Source of the DNA: Octopus vulgaris
Lineage: Eukaryota
Assembly: GCA_951406725.2 (NCBI GenBank)
Contig: OX597823.1
Coordinates: forward strand, 67,890,001-67,954,000
Length of the DNA: 64,000 bases
Reading direction: 5' to 3'
The notes under the pieces: model-generated
The model's database searches: none
What the model was told of the DNA's origin: nothing
The model's input: the letters and a program-made list of their open reading frames with translations, nothing else
Translations under genes and position numbers: made by a program
Part shown: positions 12,601 through 26,936 of the stretch, piece by piece
Position numbering within the stretch: the stretch's first letter is position 1
Layout: each line of letters begins with the position of its first letter

Positions 12601-15600
12601 TATATACACATATATGACTATGCCTGAGCCTGTCAACATGTTAAAAGTATTTATATATTTATGAGATTTGCTTTGTATCAAGATTTACAGTACAAATTAA
12701 TTCATAACATTCATTAAAAAGATTATATATTTAGTCTGTTCTATACTTACTAAAATTCAAAAAACTTATTTGTTGATTAAAAATATTTTCAACTCTGTTT
12801 CTTTGTACTTTAAGAATGAAACTTAATTTTCTAACATTAAGCTCATAAAAATTTTTCACTTTTTTTTTCAACTCTTAGACTTACAATAATTTTACTTTGA
12901 ATGCATACAGATGACATAGGAAAGCTATGTATGTCACCCGTTGCTGAACATATGGGGAAGAATTTACAAAGTATTTAGATAATTTTATAATATTAAACAA
13001 TAGATTAACTTAAGAGGAATATCAACATTCTTTAACAGCAATGTTACAAAGGAAATAGTAATCTTTACATTATATTCTGAAACAATAATTGAATTTTGTT
13101 CTTTGTCAAAGTACTTTGTTTCCATTTGTCTCTATGTTATAGACACTGTTATATTACAAACTAAAGATAACATTTAAGGTAATTAATGTGAGAATGAAGA
13201 AACAAAAAAATATTCTTTGAATCAGAAACTATTTTACTATTTATAAATTCAGTAAAATACCTGCTTATAAAGTCAGCACAGCTATAATTTTTAACTCTTA
13301 TTTTTTAAATGACTTAACTAAAGGAGAAAGGGTAGTGTGCATGATTCCTTTTTCAAGGACTAAGTTACCCTTATATCAGAGACTTAGCCCCAATACTTAA
13401 ACAAAATAGGTTCTGTTAAATGCATCCCAAAACAGAAGCAATGGTCCTTTTGAATGGTTTCCACACAAATTTCATTCACAAAGCCTTGCTTTCATAATTT
13501 ATATGAAGTTTATTTATTGAGAATGATGATATGTGAAGTTACTCTTTACTTGAACTGACTTTGTCTTCTATTGTTTTGATTCCCATCTATGATGATATTC
13601 TCTTTAAGAGACAGATATTTTGAGCAATAGCTGAATATATTTCAGAATGCAATTATGGTGTGTTATTTCATCACAAAATTTATTGATTTTAGTTTCCTAT
13701 TAAAATATTTCACATTTTATGGCTGTTTACTTAATCTTTGACTTTCCATTCAATATGGCATAACTTTGTAAAATGTCTTGTCTAGCACATTTATCTACTG
13801 CTACTACAGTTTGTATATAGAACGATCTATTTGCTGAAAGAACTTAAAAGAACAATACAATTTTGAAAATTGCTAACTTCCTTAGAAAATACAAATTACA
13901 ACATTGATAATTTTTTTCAAATCTTGTGCTATATTATTTCAGCACCTAATTAAAAATTGCCATTTTACTAATATCTAATCATATTTAGATAATTTTATTT
14001 CTATTAGTTGATTTAATATATTAGACTTTAAACATATTTGTTTTCAAATACAGCGGAAATATTAACATACAAATAGCAGAGTAAACAAATGTTCAATTTT
14101 GTAGATGAGCTCAAAACTAGAAGTGTCACATAAAAGGTTATATTAAGAAAATTGACAGTATTAGCACATAATCCCAAATAACGGATGTTTTTAAAGGAAT
14201 TCACTCTATTCATCGTATTTGATTTCCAAGTAAACCGAATGAAACTGGTTTTAATGATTAATCATTTAAATATGACGGGACCAAATCTTCTTGCTAATAA
14301 CTTACAGTTTAGAATTATTCAATATCAATAAATTCCTCTCTTTGCATCTCATCAAACTGATATAAAGCCGATTAGTTAAATAGGTAAACCTTTTAAAACA
14401 CTGTTTGATGTTAGGTTATCTCTATTCCTGCAAACTACTCGCCTATTTCAACAATTAGACTGCAGATTAAACCACAGATTATAGATTTATCATTTTGTCA
14501 TTCAAATCAGAGAGGCAGAGTAAATTGTTAAAGGCTTAATAACAGTCTGTGGAAACAGTGAAGCGGTGGCAAAATGCAAGTCCATTTCCCTCTTACAAAT
14601 TGTAGGTGATACATAAATCCTTTTATAATAGAATATCCTTTACTACATAGAATTTGTGGATTTACTACTTCTCAAATACTGGTCCAAAATTTTTGTTTTC
14701 TATTTGCAGAGTTGATTACAAGTGAAAAGGTTCTTTTTTGTTCAGAACATAATTCTTTTGATATGTATGTATGTATGTGTTATGAAGGCATGGTTAGAGT
14801 GGCTGTGGAGATCCATTTGAGGGAAACAGGAATCATAGTGGTCCATAGGCAAAAAATAGTTGAGAACCACTATTCTATATGGTCACTCAGTTTGCTAGAC
14901 ATAGCAGCCAAATGTGCCTCAAATCATGTTACTGTTTTACAGTATTAAATACATGTTGATAACATAGACCTGTACACTCTTTGCTTGAAATAGGTGGGTT
15001 TGGGCAGATACCATATGCAAATTGATAGTTCAGAGGTAAAAGCCAATAGTGGTGGAAAGGACCAACAGAAGAAACATCACATTTGTGTGTTAGATGGAGA
15101 GCAATTGTGAATCAATCTTTGGATGGCATTTTATTCAGTGGTGGTAGTGAGATGATCTAGAATGTTTGTTTGCAGTGTAGTAGAACAATCCCAAACACAG
15201 TGCTGGATTTAGACTTAGTGAGGCTTTAAGAGACATTTCATTCAAAACATTTGCAGCAGGTCTCACAAAAACTGAAATTATATATGACTTTTAATTATTT
15301 TGAGATCCTTTCAGACTGTGAAGTCCTTAGCTGTAGCCTGTTTGGTTTTTGCCTAAACCTGGCTCTGACCAAATATATGAGGAGTACTCTAATGTGGGTT
15401 GCAAGTTGTGTTTTGAAGTGGGTCAGAAACAGATCAGAACTCTGGTATTTTTTTAGTCCCAAAGAGAAATTACCCTTTAAAATGCATTTGTGATAATGTT
15501 ATATCTTTCTTTCTATATGATATAGAAACGACATTTTATGCATAAACAGACAATCTTTCTTTTGGGAATAAAACAAAAATGATCATTCTTCCAGGCTTTA

Positions 15601-16039
15601 AAGCAAAGCAAAAACAACAGCTCACCCAACTTGGATTGCATGCATGTTCAGTTATAATATCAACATTTAACACTAGACCAGTATGTAGAATGCTGATAAT
15701 TAATTGTTAAACAGATGCTTTGATTTTCTCAAGATTAAGCTCCACAAATACAATATTTCTGTTTTTACACACACACACACACATACACACAGAATGATGA
15801 ATGTCCAAAATGTCAAAGACATTCCTTTCCTTTAATCCAAGTGTTAAACTAAGAACTTATTTATTACACTGTGTTCCTTCTGAGTGTTGTTTTTTACTGT
15901 TTTAATTTTTTTTATTTTTGCATTGTGTGTGTGCGTGCATGCGAGTATGTGCATGCGCATGCATATGTGTAAAAATACCCTTGATCTCTGTTTGTTTAAA
16001 CAGTGAATGCTCCATTTGTTCAGTCAATGAAATGATTGA

Positions 16040-16242
16040 TGAGGGAGTGCTGAAAAGTTCCTGACTTTGGGTAAAAGAAAATATTGAAGGATCAGTTAAT
16101 TATGATCTTATTCAACATATTCCCCTCTTATTGCAGTGGTCCTTCAGTTTTTCTAAGTCCTGTAAAAGAATTCGGAAGGTTGAGCCTCCAACCAGGCCTT
16201 TTGCAATACCCTTAAAACCAGGAACTTTTCAGCATCCACTCA
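16040..16242. mobile_element. mariner-derived MITE
   Basis: TIRs TGAGGGAGTGCTGAAAAGTTCCTG / CAGGAACTTTTCAGCATCCACTCA followed by TA; similar to the TIR at ~1058-1078. Confidence 0.85.
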
Positions 16243-19200
16243 TACTCTTTGAGTTAGCATATAGGATTGCTCTATTTTACAGACACATGTCCCTTTAATG
16301 TAATTCCTAGGGGTAAGCTCTGTGACAGTGTGTGACAAGACTGGCTCCTTGATTTACAAATACAATTCATTGGAGGAGCTTCTACACTGTTCCCATATAT
16401 GGCAAATGTCTTTTGCCAGAGCCTCAGGTCAACTCATGCTTTCTGACTGAAATTCAGTTGCTGTAAGCCTAAGCATCCCAAACTTAATGATTGCAAAACA
16501 AACCTCTTAACCATTTGTTCATGCCTGAGTTTGTATATCTGTCTGCCAATCTATATGTGTATGCATGTAGATAGATGGATGAATTGACAGAAAGATAAAT
16601 ATCATCACTACCACCACAACCATTCTGATATGTAAAAGAAGCAATCTAACATTAATGATTTCATGTATATATGAAAATTTGTTATGATTATTGTGTCATT
16701 TTCACTTGATCTCACCTCCACTAGGATTCTAAATCAAGCATTAGACTTAGAAGAATTGGATGGGAGAATAAATTCATAGTGACTATTTAAGCAATATGTT
16801 CATGAAACCCTACAAAATATGGCATATACACCCATTACCCTTTTTTCATTTTCGATCCTATTATTTGCTTACACCTGACATCTCGGTTATGAAATGTAAC
16901 AAAAATCAGTGCTGGCTATAATTTCTATTGAATATCTGTGGAGGTAATCTTAACAAGTGATGTAAATCACATGGCTAACACAGTAGAACTTGGTATTGAC
17001 TTATAAAAATGTTTAATATACTTTATAGCATATTATGACTGCATAACAAAATACCATGTACTTATACATCATTAATAGTCTCAATGGTGTCTAATCATGA
17101 AACACAGGAAGTAGTGGTGCAGCAATCCTCATCAATATACTGAAATAATGGATACTAGATGATGGTACAGCACTTCTTGTATTTATATTTTCATTAGTAT
17201 CATTCTTTTAACTACAATAAATTTCATTTACCAATGTAATAATAAATATTTTTTCCATTGGTATGTAGTGATAAATTTTGAAGTGGAGTATAGTCAACTG
17301 GAGTCAAAAACCCATACTTGACTTCTCCCTATTTTAATTAACTTCAGTAAGATAAGAAGCTGAGTTAATCTTGGAGTAACTTGTATTCAGAACATAACTA
17401 AATAGCACAGAGCATGTTGCCCAATACCCCCACTATCCTTATAAACCCCCAAGGACACCCTTTAAAATTGAGAGTCAAAAGGTAAGAGCTAAAATTTCTC
17501 ATGGACAGGATGATAGAATGATTACCATATGCAACACTTGCTTATGATCTGGCATCTGTTAGTAATGTATAAGTAAATGACTTCATGCAGAAATGCAATA
17601 AAGAAATCTGTAGCAGATTAAAACTTATAATCAGTTAGTAGGTAGTTCTAACACCTCTGTATGACTATCTCTCTTCTCTATTTGCTCAGTAGCTGAGCCA
17701 CGTATGAACCAATCATTATTGTTGAGCTGTAGTTGTTGTAAGTATTAACTAATATTTTCAGTTGCAATTTTACCAAGAAATCTTTTCAAGGGAAATTATA
17801 TTTTTGCTTTCACATTTCCACAACTGATTCTATCAACACAAGAAACACAGTAGCTGGTAAGCGCTTCTGGTACTGTCTTATCAGGAATTCCAAAACTGTT
17901 TCTAGAACTTAAATAATGTGTATTTGAGAGAGAGAGAGAGAGAGATAATATTGATAATCACAGATTTTCTGATAGCTGGACTTGATGCTTCTTAAAGATA
18001 TTTTGCTACTTTTTAAAATATCATTACTTACATTACATAATGTATGACCCAGAAGAAAAAAAAGAACATATTGAGGTGTTATCATTCTTTTTCCCTGAAA
18101 TATATCAGTATCTGTCTCAGTAAAAATACCAAGTATCATATATTATTTTATATAGTGATGTTTATCTAAGAAGTAAACTGACAGATATTGTACTTTTAGT
18201 TTGAAATATTTATCATATGAGTTACTGCATTTCTTTCAACTTCAATTCACCCAAACTCTACAATAAACATTTTCCTCCAATCATTCCCCTCTAGAATGCA
18301 TACCATTGGAATTCATTCCTATTTTTCCTACACACATCAACATACAAATATTGAATCTGATCATCAAGTGTATTGATCTCTCCCATTCAGAAAGGTTTGC
18401 TAAGATTAAAGGAATATCTGTTGTGTAGCTATATCTTCTATAAATACCACAGTGTGATAATTATTGCAGGCCAAGGAATAGAAAATTTATCATCGTTAAT
18501 GACTTGCTAATGTCTGGTTTAGCTTGAGTTATACAAACAAATTAGGCAGAGAATCTCTGTGAAGAACTAATTAAGGTGTTTCTTCTATTAATTGATATGA
18601 GAATGATCTTGGTTGTTTGTGCAAAAACCCCAGAGAAAATTTGAAACCTATTATATAAGCCTTTATCATACAAAACGAAAGTTAAGACAGAACAAAATAT
18701 TATAGATAATAAATATACTACTTTTATTCATGTTTTCCCAATTAGCAATCCTAAAAATTAGGGATTTCTATTGCATGCAAGAACTTAATGTTACCCTTTT
18801 TACATAGGTGATATGTGTGATCATGTTTGGAATGGCAACATTGAAAGTTAGCTATATCTATTCTTCAAGCAAACAGATGTATAAGCAAGTGTAAGAATTT
18901 AAATCACTATAATAACATGAAATTTTTTCAACGATTATGATAACAGGTTAAATGTTCATTATATTTTATAAATATTCATATATCAGAGATTACTGAACAA
19001 AGTTGTTTATGGGCACATCAAAATGGAAAGAGTTAAAAAGGCAAAATGCATTTAGTTTCTTTTTATATACAGCTATGTACCCTAATTTTGGAACAAGAAC
19101 ATATACTTATTAAAATCTGTGTTTCAATAACCAACTATAAACACATAATAACACAAAAGTGTTCTGGGTGCAACCATCCAGTTAATATATTTAATATATG

Positions 19201-19316
19201 GGCAATATAGATAATTTAATATAATGTTAAAATTGCTTAATATCTATGCAATTTATATTAAAATATTCCCTTTTATTTTATTGAATAACTTTAACATGAT
19301 GCTAAACAATATATCA

Positions 19317-19598
19317 TTATCATCATCATCATTTAACATCCATTTTCCATGTTGGCATGGGTGAGATGGCTTGACAGTAACTGGCAAGATCAGGACCACA
19401 TCAAGTGCCGTAGTTTGTTTTGGCTTGGTTTCTACAGCTGGATGCCCTTCCTGATGCCAACCACTTAACAAAGTGCACTGGATGCTTTTTTACTTGGCAC
19501 CATCACTAGTGTTTTTTACATGGCACCAGCACTGCGGCATTTTGTTTGACACCAGTGCCAGATGTCGCACCAACACCAATGCTTTTTACATGGCACCT
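19317..19598 (-). mobile_element. SINE family A copy
   Basis: (CAT)n tail, CAGCTGGATGCCCTTCCT..GCCAACCAC core, repeated TTTTACATGGCACC motifs. Confidence 0.8.
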
Positions 19599-19642
19599 TG
19601 GTTTATCTATATATAATTTAGTTATAGAATATGTATGTGCAT

Positions 19643-19890
19643 ATCATCATCATCATCATCATTTAACATCCGTTTTCCATGCTAGTATGCGTTAGACGGT
19701 TCGACCGGGGTCTGGTAAGCCAGGAGGTTGCACCAGGCTCCAGTCTAATCTGGCAGTGTTTCTGCAGCTGGATGCCCTTCTTAACGCCAACCACTCCATG
19801 AGTGTAGTGGGTACTTTTTACGCGCTACCGGCACAGGTGCCAGGGGAGGCTGGCAATGGCCACGATCGGTTGGTGCTTTTTACATGCCAT
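19643..19890 (-). mobile_element. SINE family A copy (younger, CpG-retaining)
   Basis: Same core; closely similar to 60769-60935. Confidence 0.85.
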
Positions 19891-22800
19891 GCATATGTTA
19901 CAACTTATGTAACAAGCATTGCTTTGCTATGAACTGTTGTAGTCCATGTTTTATTCATTCCATTTCTTACTTTTTAAAATTTTTATTCACACTTTTAGCA
20001 ACTTTAATTGCTAAACCACGAGTTGTATGGTGACCCTCACTTTATTGAAATTCCTTTAATTTCGATATGGGACAAAGTGTGTAACTTGCAATGTTAATAA
20101 ATTTGTTTTACTGTATGTTGTCCACCTTTTGTCATCTGTACAAGCTGCATTGATGCTTGAAGCTTACTAACTTCCTACTCTTGGATTCCTGGACTGTCTT
20201 ATCTATTACTATATACATATACATACATATACATAGATGTACACATATTTCATAATCATAACTGAATTATTTTTTAATATTTTAATTAAAAAATGCCAGC
20301 TCCAGAATGTTTGATGGTTTAAACATAAAGATATAATCAAAAGTTTAGTGTGGTTTTTAAAAAAATCCATGTTTAAATGTTAAGTACATTATTTTCCTGT
20401 GACAACATCCACATGTGCAGCCTTGTTGTACAAATTGAGTACTAAACTTGAGTATAAACTTATATAAAATACTATATTAAAATCTAATTGATTTTTTAGA
20501 AAACTTAAAACAGAAATATGTGATTCCAGCAATGTTGACTTTACTGGTGTAGGTCATAAAAGTGCAATTGCTGTAAAGTTCAAAGATTGTTATCAAAGTT
20601 ACTTTACTGTTTTGATTTGGCTTTGTGAACTTTTTCAGTTTATTTAACACAGCAATTACTATAAATCCGACTAAACTCGTTTTCCCATACATCATAGTAT
20701 TAAAAAACAGAGTGTATTATAGATGAGAGATAGATTTTGCAGGATTTCATTGCTCATAATTAGTAATGTGTATTTTACATGTGTGCGTATTTGGTTCAAA
20801 TAAATATGGTAATTACTTTTAGTAAAGACAAGAAAATAAAACATAATCTATTCCTTATTGACTATCTTTCTACTGATAATATTAAAAACCTTTGTTAACA
20901 GCTCATGAGGTCTGAAACCATTTTAGACAAAGGGTCACTACATAAAGCAAATATTTAGAGCAATTTAGCCTGGCCAAGTCTACTCTGTATTTAACTGTTA
21001 GTAGTCAACAACTGAAAGCTGAGTTAAAATATTCAGCAATGAAGTTTTTATCCTTGGATAGCTAAATGAATGTAAATCATTACATTTATTACAGAAGGTC
21101 TACTATGGTAATGGCTAGGAATTTATTGATAGTAGCACAGAGAGAAACATTATAGCAGAATACACTTTGAAAGAAGATCACAGGCTTGTTTGAAAATCCA
21201 TTTTACTATTATAACAATGTCATGTTAAAAAAAGAAAAACATTTATGGGTTAATCAGAGGTTGAAAAGGTCAACATCCACGATTCTTTCCTTAAGGGTCT
21301 CTGAGTCTGATCAGAAGATGCTATTTTTAGACTAGAGACCATTACAACAGAGCGGACAATGTTAAAGACATCCAAAGGCCATTTCTATGTGCTTGGCAAA
21401 TATTAAAAAATTCAGAGTTAGTCGTTTTTATAGCATTATAAATACTAGTCTTCTAACGTAAGAAACTGAAAGAGAAGTTTCATTATTTAAGGAGAAAATA
21501 AAATTTCATAAATCAAATTAAATTTTAGCTAATTTTTATCTATTTTGTTTGGCAAGTTTTTAAGTAGTAAAACAGAAAACTGTGCTATTTCTGAGCTTAT
21601 AAAATGAAGAATGTGATTTCTGTTATGTTTAAAGCAAATATATAAGTTTCTTCATTGATAAAATCAGTATTTGGAGTGAAGTAAAAGGGATCAATACTGA
21701 TGAAAGAATGGTGAAGCATTAATCTCTACTAGTGACTAAAAATCAAATAAAAGGAGTGTTTTGTTATCCCAGTGGATAAGTGGTTACTTTTCTATCAAAA
21801 TTATACTAATGGAAAATATTTCATCCAAGCTGCAATTTCGTTTTAAATTATTGTTGCATTACAGTGTACAGTGCTTACATCCAATATTATATTATCCAGG
21901 GCTTGTGGTTAGTTAGTTAGTTGAGAGAAATGTTCTTCACAAGACCAATAATTTTCTTGCATAGCCCAAAACTAAAATCAGAATGCCGATATCTTAAGCA
22001 AATATATTAGCGATTTCATCAATCCTGAGATATACAAGTAAAATTAATGTATTTATGTTCAGTCTGTATACCTAACAGGGCATACTCAAACATCATTATT
22101 AATGGTGATGATATTGTTTACATTTTTAGTTCTATGTTTTAGCTATGCACTCTATAATTTACTATGGAGCACTTGCAAGGTAATTCAAGGGTTGAAGATA
22201 TTTAAAATGTTGGTGAGAGTAGTTACCTTTCTGGAAGCGATCTTATACATCAGTAATTTTAGTCAGGTTTGAAAAGGTCAGCAGAGAAAGATAATTTTGA
22301 GAATCAACTTATTTAAAGCTCATGTTGATAGCCTTGTGATATTATAACAACACATCAGATAGGTCAATTACTATACTTTAGTTGCCAGGCCAATCCATTA
22401 TTACAGAGGCTAACATACTCTGGTAGCTTTAAAAAATTGTGAATCAGGTTAATGAGATGATAATTTATGTTCCCTCACCTACTTTACCATCTGTATCATT
22501 TTAAATAAGTGAGCCTCAATATAATTGCTTGACTTGCTAGAAAATAATGGTCAAATCTTCAAACTAGTGTTTGTTATAAAAAAATAAATTTACATTTGAT
22601 AATGTAATCCAGAATAAATTGTCTGAAAAATGTGGGATGATTATGGCTGGAATGTCTTTAACCATAGACTAGTGTTGACCAGGGTCTAAGAAATAATAAC
22701 ATCATTACTGTCTTTCCTAAAATGGGAAAATGTAAGGATCAAAAACTAGATAATTTCAATTGATTAATAAACCATATTATATATAAAGCAACTCAAATTA

Positions 22801-24420
22801 AACATTGTTTTGGGGGCTAACAAATATGTAGGACCTAAGAAATTACTAAGACAATTAAGTGAATTTATTTACTTCCAAGGAAAATAATAAATATTTAGAT
22901 ATTAATTTTTCTTGATACAATCTAAAACTTTCCAGTAAATTAATTCTTTACAAAGTTACAATTGAGCCATATATTTCATTGTTAATATGTAAACATATAA
23001 AAACTATGAAAATGTAGCATGTTGTCTTGACAACTATATTATTTTCCAAAATATACGATTGGTTAATTATTTACTAATTAATACATTAGGTTCTTTTCTA
23101 ATTGTGAAGCTAGCCAAAAATTCATGTGTTATTCATATGTTTCATAAAATATAATTAGATATGAAAACTTGGATGGAATAAACTAATAGTTTATTTGAAA
23201 TTTTTAATTAAAAATTTATAAAAAGTCGAGTAAAGTTTTGCTTCGCTATAATTTGTTGCTAATTTAAAAGAATTATTTTGCTTTTAATTAGAGGAAGTTA
23301 AATTAGTTCCTATTTTCCCTTCTAGTTTACAAGAAAACAATTATAATTTCATCATCTAGAATGTATCTAATATAGTATTTTCCTATTATAAAGAGATACA
23401 GAGGGAAAAAAGAAAAGTGTTATATATTAATCATATACTTGTTAAAGCTTGTTGCCATTAACTGTGAAATTGTAACTGTTGAGTTTTGTATTGATGAAGC
23501 AAAGAAAAAAGAAGAGTATGGATATTTTCTTTTTCACTTTGTTGATATTATAAGCACTAAAAAATTGATTTCAAGGTGCCAGCACACACCACCATTCTGC
23601 CAATGAATACAAACACGACTACTGGACTTACAGGCTAAATTGTGCAAGAAGACTACAACTTGGTTGTAACAGGCTGTTTGAGATGCTTGTCATGAGAAAC
23701 ATGTTTTAGTTGTGCAGGCTTATTTGCACTTCCATTCTTTGGCTTGACTCTACTGGATAGGTTTTGAAAATTTGGAGGTTTACAAATTGTTTATTATTAT
23801 TTTCTTTTAACATTTACATTAACATACTTTTACTTGCCACTAAATATCCCAGCAGAAAAAAATGGAAAAGACATTGCCCCAGAGTAGCCACTCTGAATCA
23901 TGGTGCTTACACTTGCAGATAGCCATCTTCACCCTGATAGCAGTGAGAGGGGATATCTTCTGGGGTCTGAGAATGCCAGAGGGCTCCATAGCCATAAGCT
24001 CAACTGTAAACCTACCAGAGACTGACCGATACTTTGGCAGTTTGCCTTTCTCAGCCTGATGAGTAGTGGGGCCTACTTACTCATAAAGTAGGTATAGAAA
24101 CTGTTTTCTGCTATGTAAAATAAAGCAATGTACATAAATATTTAAAAAAGGTGTTATTTTAAAGAATATTTTTTATTACTTTTAATATTTTCACTGGTTA
24201 TTAAATTCAAAACTACCCACTCCAGATATTTAAAAATCAGTATTAACATTTTATCAAACTCTTTCTATAATCCAGTATCTGGATTATAAGGAAAATAACT
24301 TATAAAAATTAATCACCTTCAAAAGTGGTGTATGTGTGTATATAAATCTGTGATTCTGTGTGTATGTATATGCATGCATACATATGTGTATGTATGTATA
24401 TATATATCTCTCTCTCCCTC

Positions 24421-24461
<41 letters not shown>

Positions 24462-25679
24462 AGACAGACATGTATGTGTGTATATCTATACACACATACA
24501 TACATGTATATTATATATATTTGTGTATTTATGCATATATATAATTATATAAAACATATAAAGGAATGAAGATATTTGTGTCACATTGATTACTTGGTTG
24601 CAATCATTTCAATAACAGGTTGCAAAGATCAATCATTTAACATGCTGGAACAAAAATAAACAATGATTGTTCAACTTCATGTGATATCTAATGAAATCCA
24701 ATCCTGTCATTTCATCATAACCCTCAAATGGTATAATATGCTTGCATATAGATGCACTTATAAGTACAATAAGTAGGAGGAGCGTAGAATGTCATAGTAA
24801 GAAAATAATCACATTGATATGCCTAGGGAAAGACACAAAGTAAAGGGGTTAAAAAGGCAGAAATGTGTGTATACTACTACATAATATCAATAGTGATGCC
24901 AAGACCAACTAACTCAGGTAAGGCAAAGATGGACACTGTAATAAGCTGTCCAAGCAGAGAGGAGGGTATTCGAATTTGGATAGCAGTAAACATAGTGATA
25001 CTTGTAAACAGGCATTAATTAGAGGGAATGGGTATGTCAAGAGTAACATCAAAGAAACAAGGATGAGAAAAGAGAGAGAGAGAGAAAGAGATGGAAAAAT
25101 GTAAGAAGATAATGAAGGATAGAAAGATAGAAGTAAAACTGTTCAACTAAAAAGGGCTGATTAACATCTCATGAAATTAAATAGAATAGTTAAATCATAA
25201 TCAAAATATAATACAATAATATATTAATATAGTAGAATAATACTAATAATAGTAGTAGTAGTAGTAGTAGTAGTAGTAAAATTAATACAACATACTGAAT
25301 CAGTATATGGTTATACAAGAAAGTGAAAAATTGACATGGGAATTATTAAGATACTTGGGATCAATTTAATAAATGGATGATTAATATCCTAGAAAGTAGT
25401 TAATACCTTTACAAGGGATTAAAAGGGGTTGTAGGACTATAAAATATGGAAAGAGATTAGAGAAGAATAATAGTAACAGTGAAAATTGAAGTGCAATCAA
25501 TAGATATGTATATCTAATTTTATATAAATTCACATAAGTTAGCTAAATGGAATCTTTAAAAAGGTTTTATTAAATTAATGTGAACGATGGATTTACAACT
25601 CAATAAGTTTATTAATTAGTCCAGAATTACAGCTTAGGATTTCAAGTGCCTCTCTGCAACATAAATTACAACTACCTCA

Positions 25680-25930
25680 CTTCCTTTCATGTACTATCTG
25701 TATAATTGAATATGAAATAGAGTAATGAGTTTCTATCACTGGGGTACCAAATGAATTGTGCTAATGATGTAGTATGTAATGTATACCTATTGAAAGAATG
25801 TCCGTGATATTTCCATCTTGATTTGAATTTTGATGCTATGGCACCAAGGCAGCAGTATACTTTATTGGGTGTCTGGACAGAACATTTAAATACTATATTT
25901 GTCCAGAGACAATAGTTTCTCAAAGGAAAT
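25680..25930 (-). mobile_element. Penelope-like element GIY-YIG endonuclease relic
   Basis: CLWTNIVFKCSV..CLGAIASKFKSRWKYHGHSF..TSLAQFIW matches the PLE pattern C...NIVYKC.V..YIG.T...FK.R..NH..SF..T.LS.YIW. Confidence 0.7.
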
Positions 25931-26936
25931 TAGTTTGATATGTACAGTTACACATATCACCAGGTCTACAGAGTAGTGAAGAATTATTGGTTGTATTGTT
26001 AATAGAGCTATTTTCAAGAAGAGGTATGGATATTTAGATGTGTGTGTGTATGCATCTATATGTATGTAAATCAAAAAATCAGACAGTAGGAGAGGTGAAC
26101 ACATATCTACTTAACCACATGATATCCTTAGAATTACTGCCATTTGGTAACCTTCTTCATGAAGTATTTTAATTTTCGCATGGAAGAAATTATGTTTACA
26201 TGTTTGCATTAATATGTATGCTTAATATTGTACAATACAATTGTATATTCACAAATTAATGTAAATAAAGAAAGCTAGCTTATCAGATCACCAGATATAA
26301 TAATTCAACTATATGTATGTATGTATGTATGTTTGTTTGTTATATATATATATATATATATAATGGTGAAGGAGAGAGAGAGAGGGGGAAGTAATTATGT
26401 GGATAAACAAATTAAATATAACAGCTTGGGTTTGATATACAAAATATGTATATATGCAAAAATGAGAGAATGCAAAGACTGAAGACTTTCAGACAATGAA
26501 TATTTAAGTATAAATATATAGGTATTTATACAAATAGACCACATTGGACAAAGAAAATTAAAGGGGAGGAAATAAGGTGTTATAAGTTCAATAACTGTTT
26601 CTGGGGGATCAAAAATCCATCATAATGTTAGTAGATGTAGTTCATCACAATATGCAGGTTGTTATGGAGGCAATCAACATTGGATAAATTGAGTCTGTCA
26701 TCAATGTAGGAAAGATCTTACATTTTAGATCATGATACAGAGAAGCTGTTATATTTAATTTGTTTATCCACATAACTGCCTCCATATTGGTTTAACTTTA
26801 TTCCTCTTATAGCTATTCTTTACCTCATGGAATTTGCTCCTCATGAAGACATTAAATTCTAAGTTTGAATCATTGGAGTGATACTAAATGTTTTCTATAC
26901 TGAGAATCTCTGGATTTCATCTGTTGATTATATATA

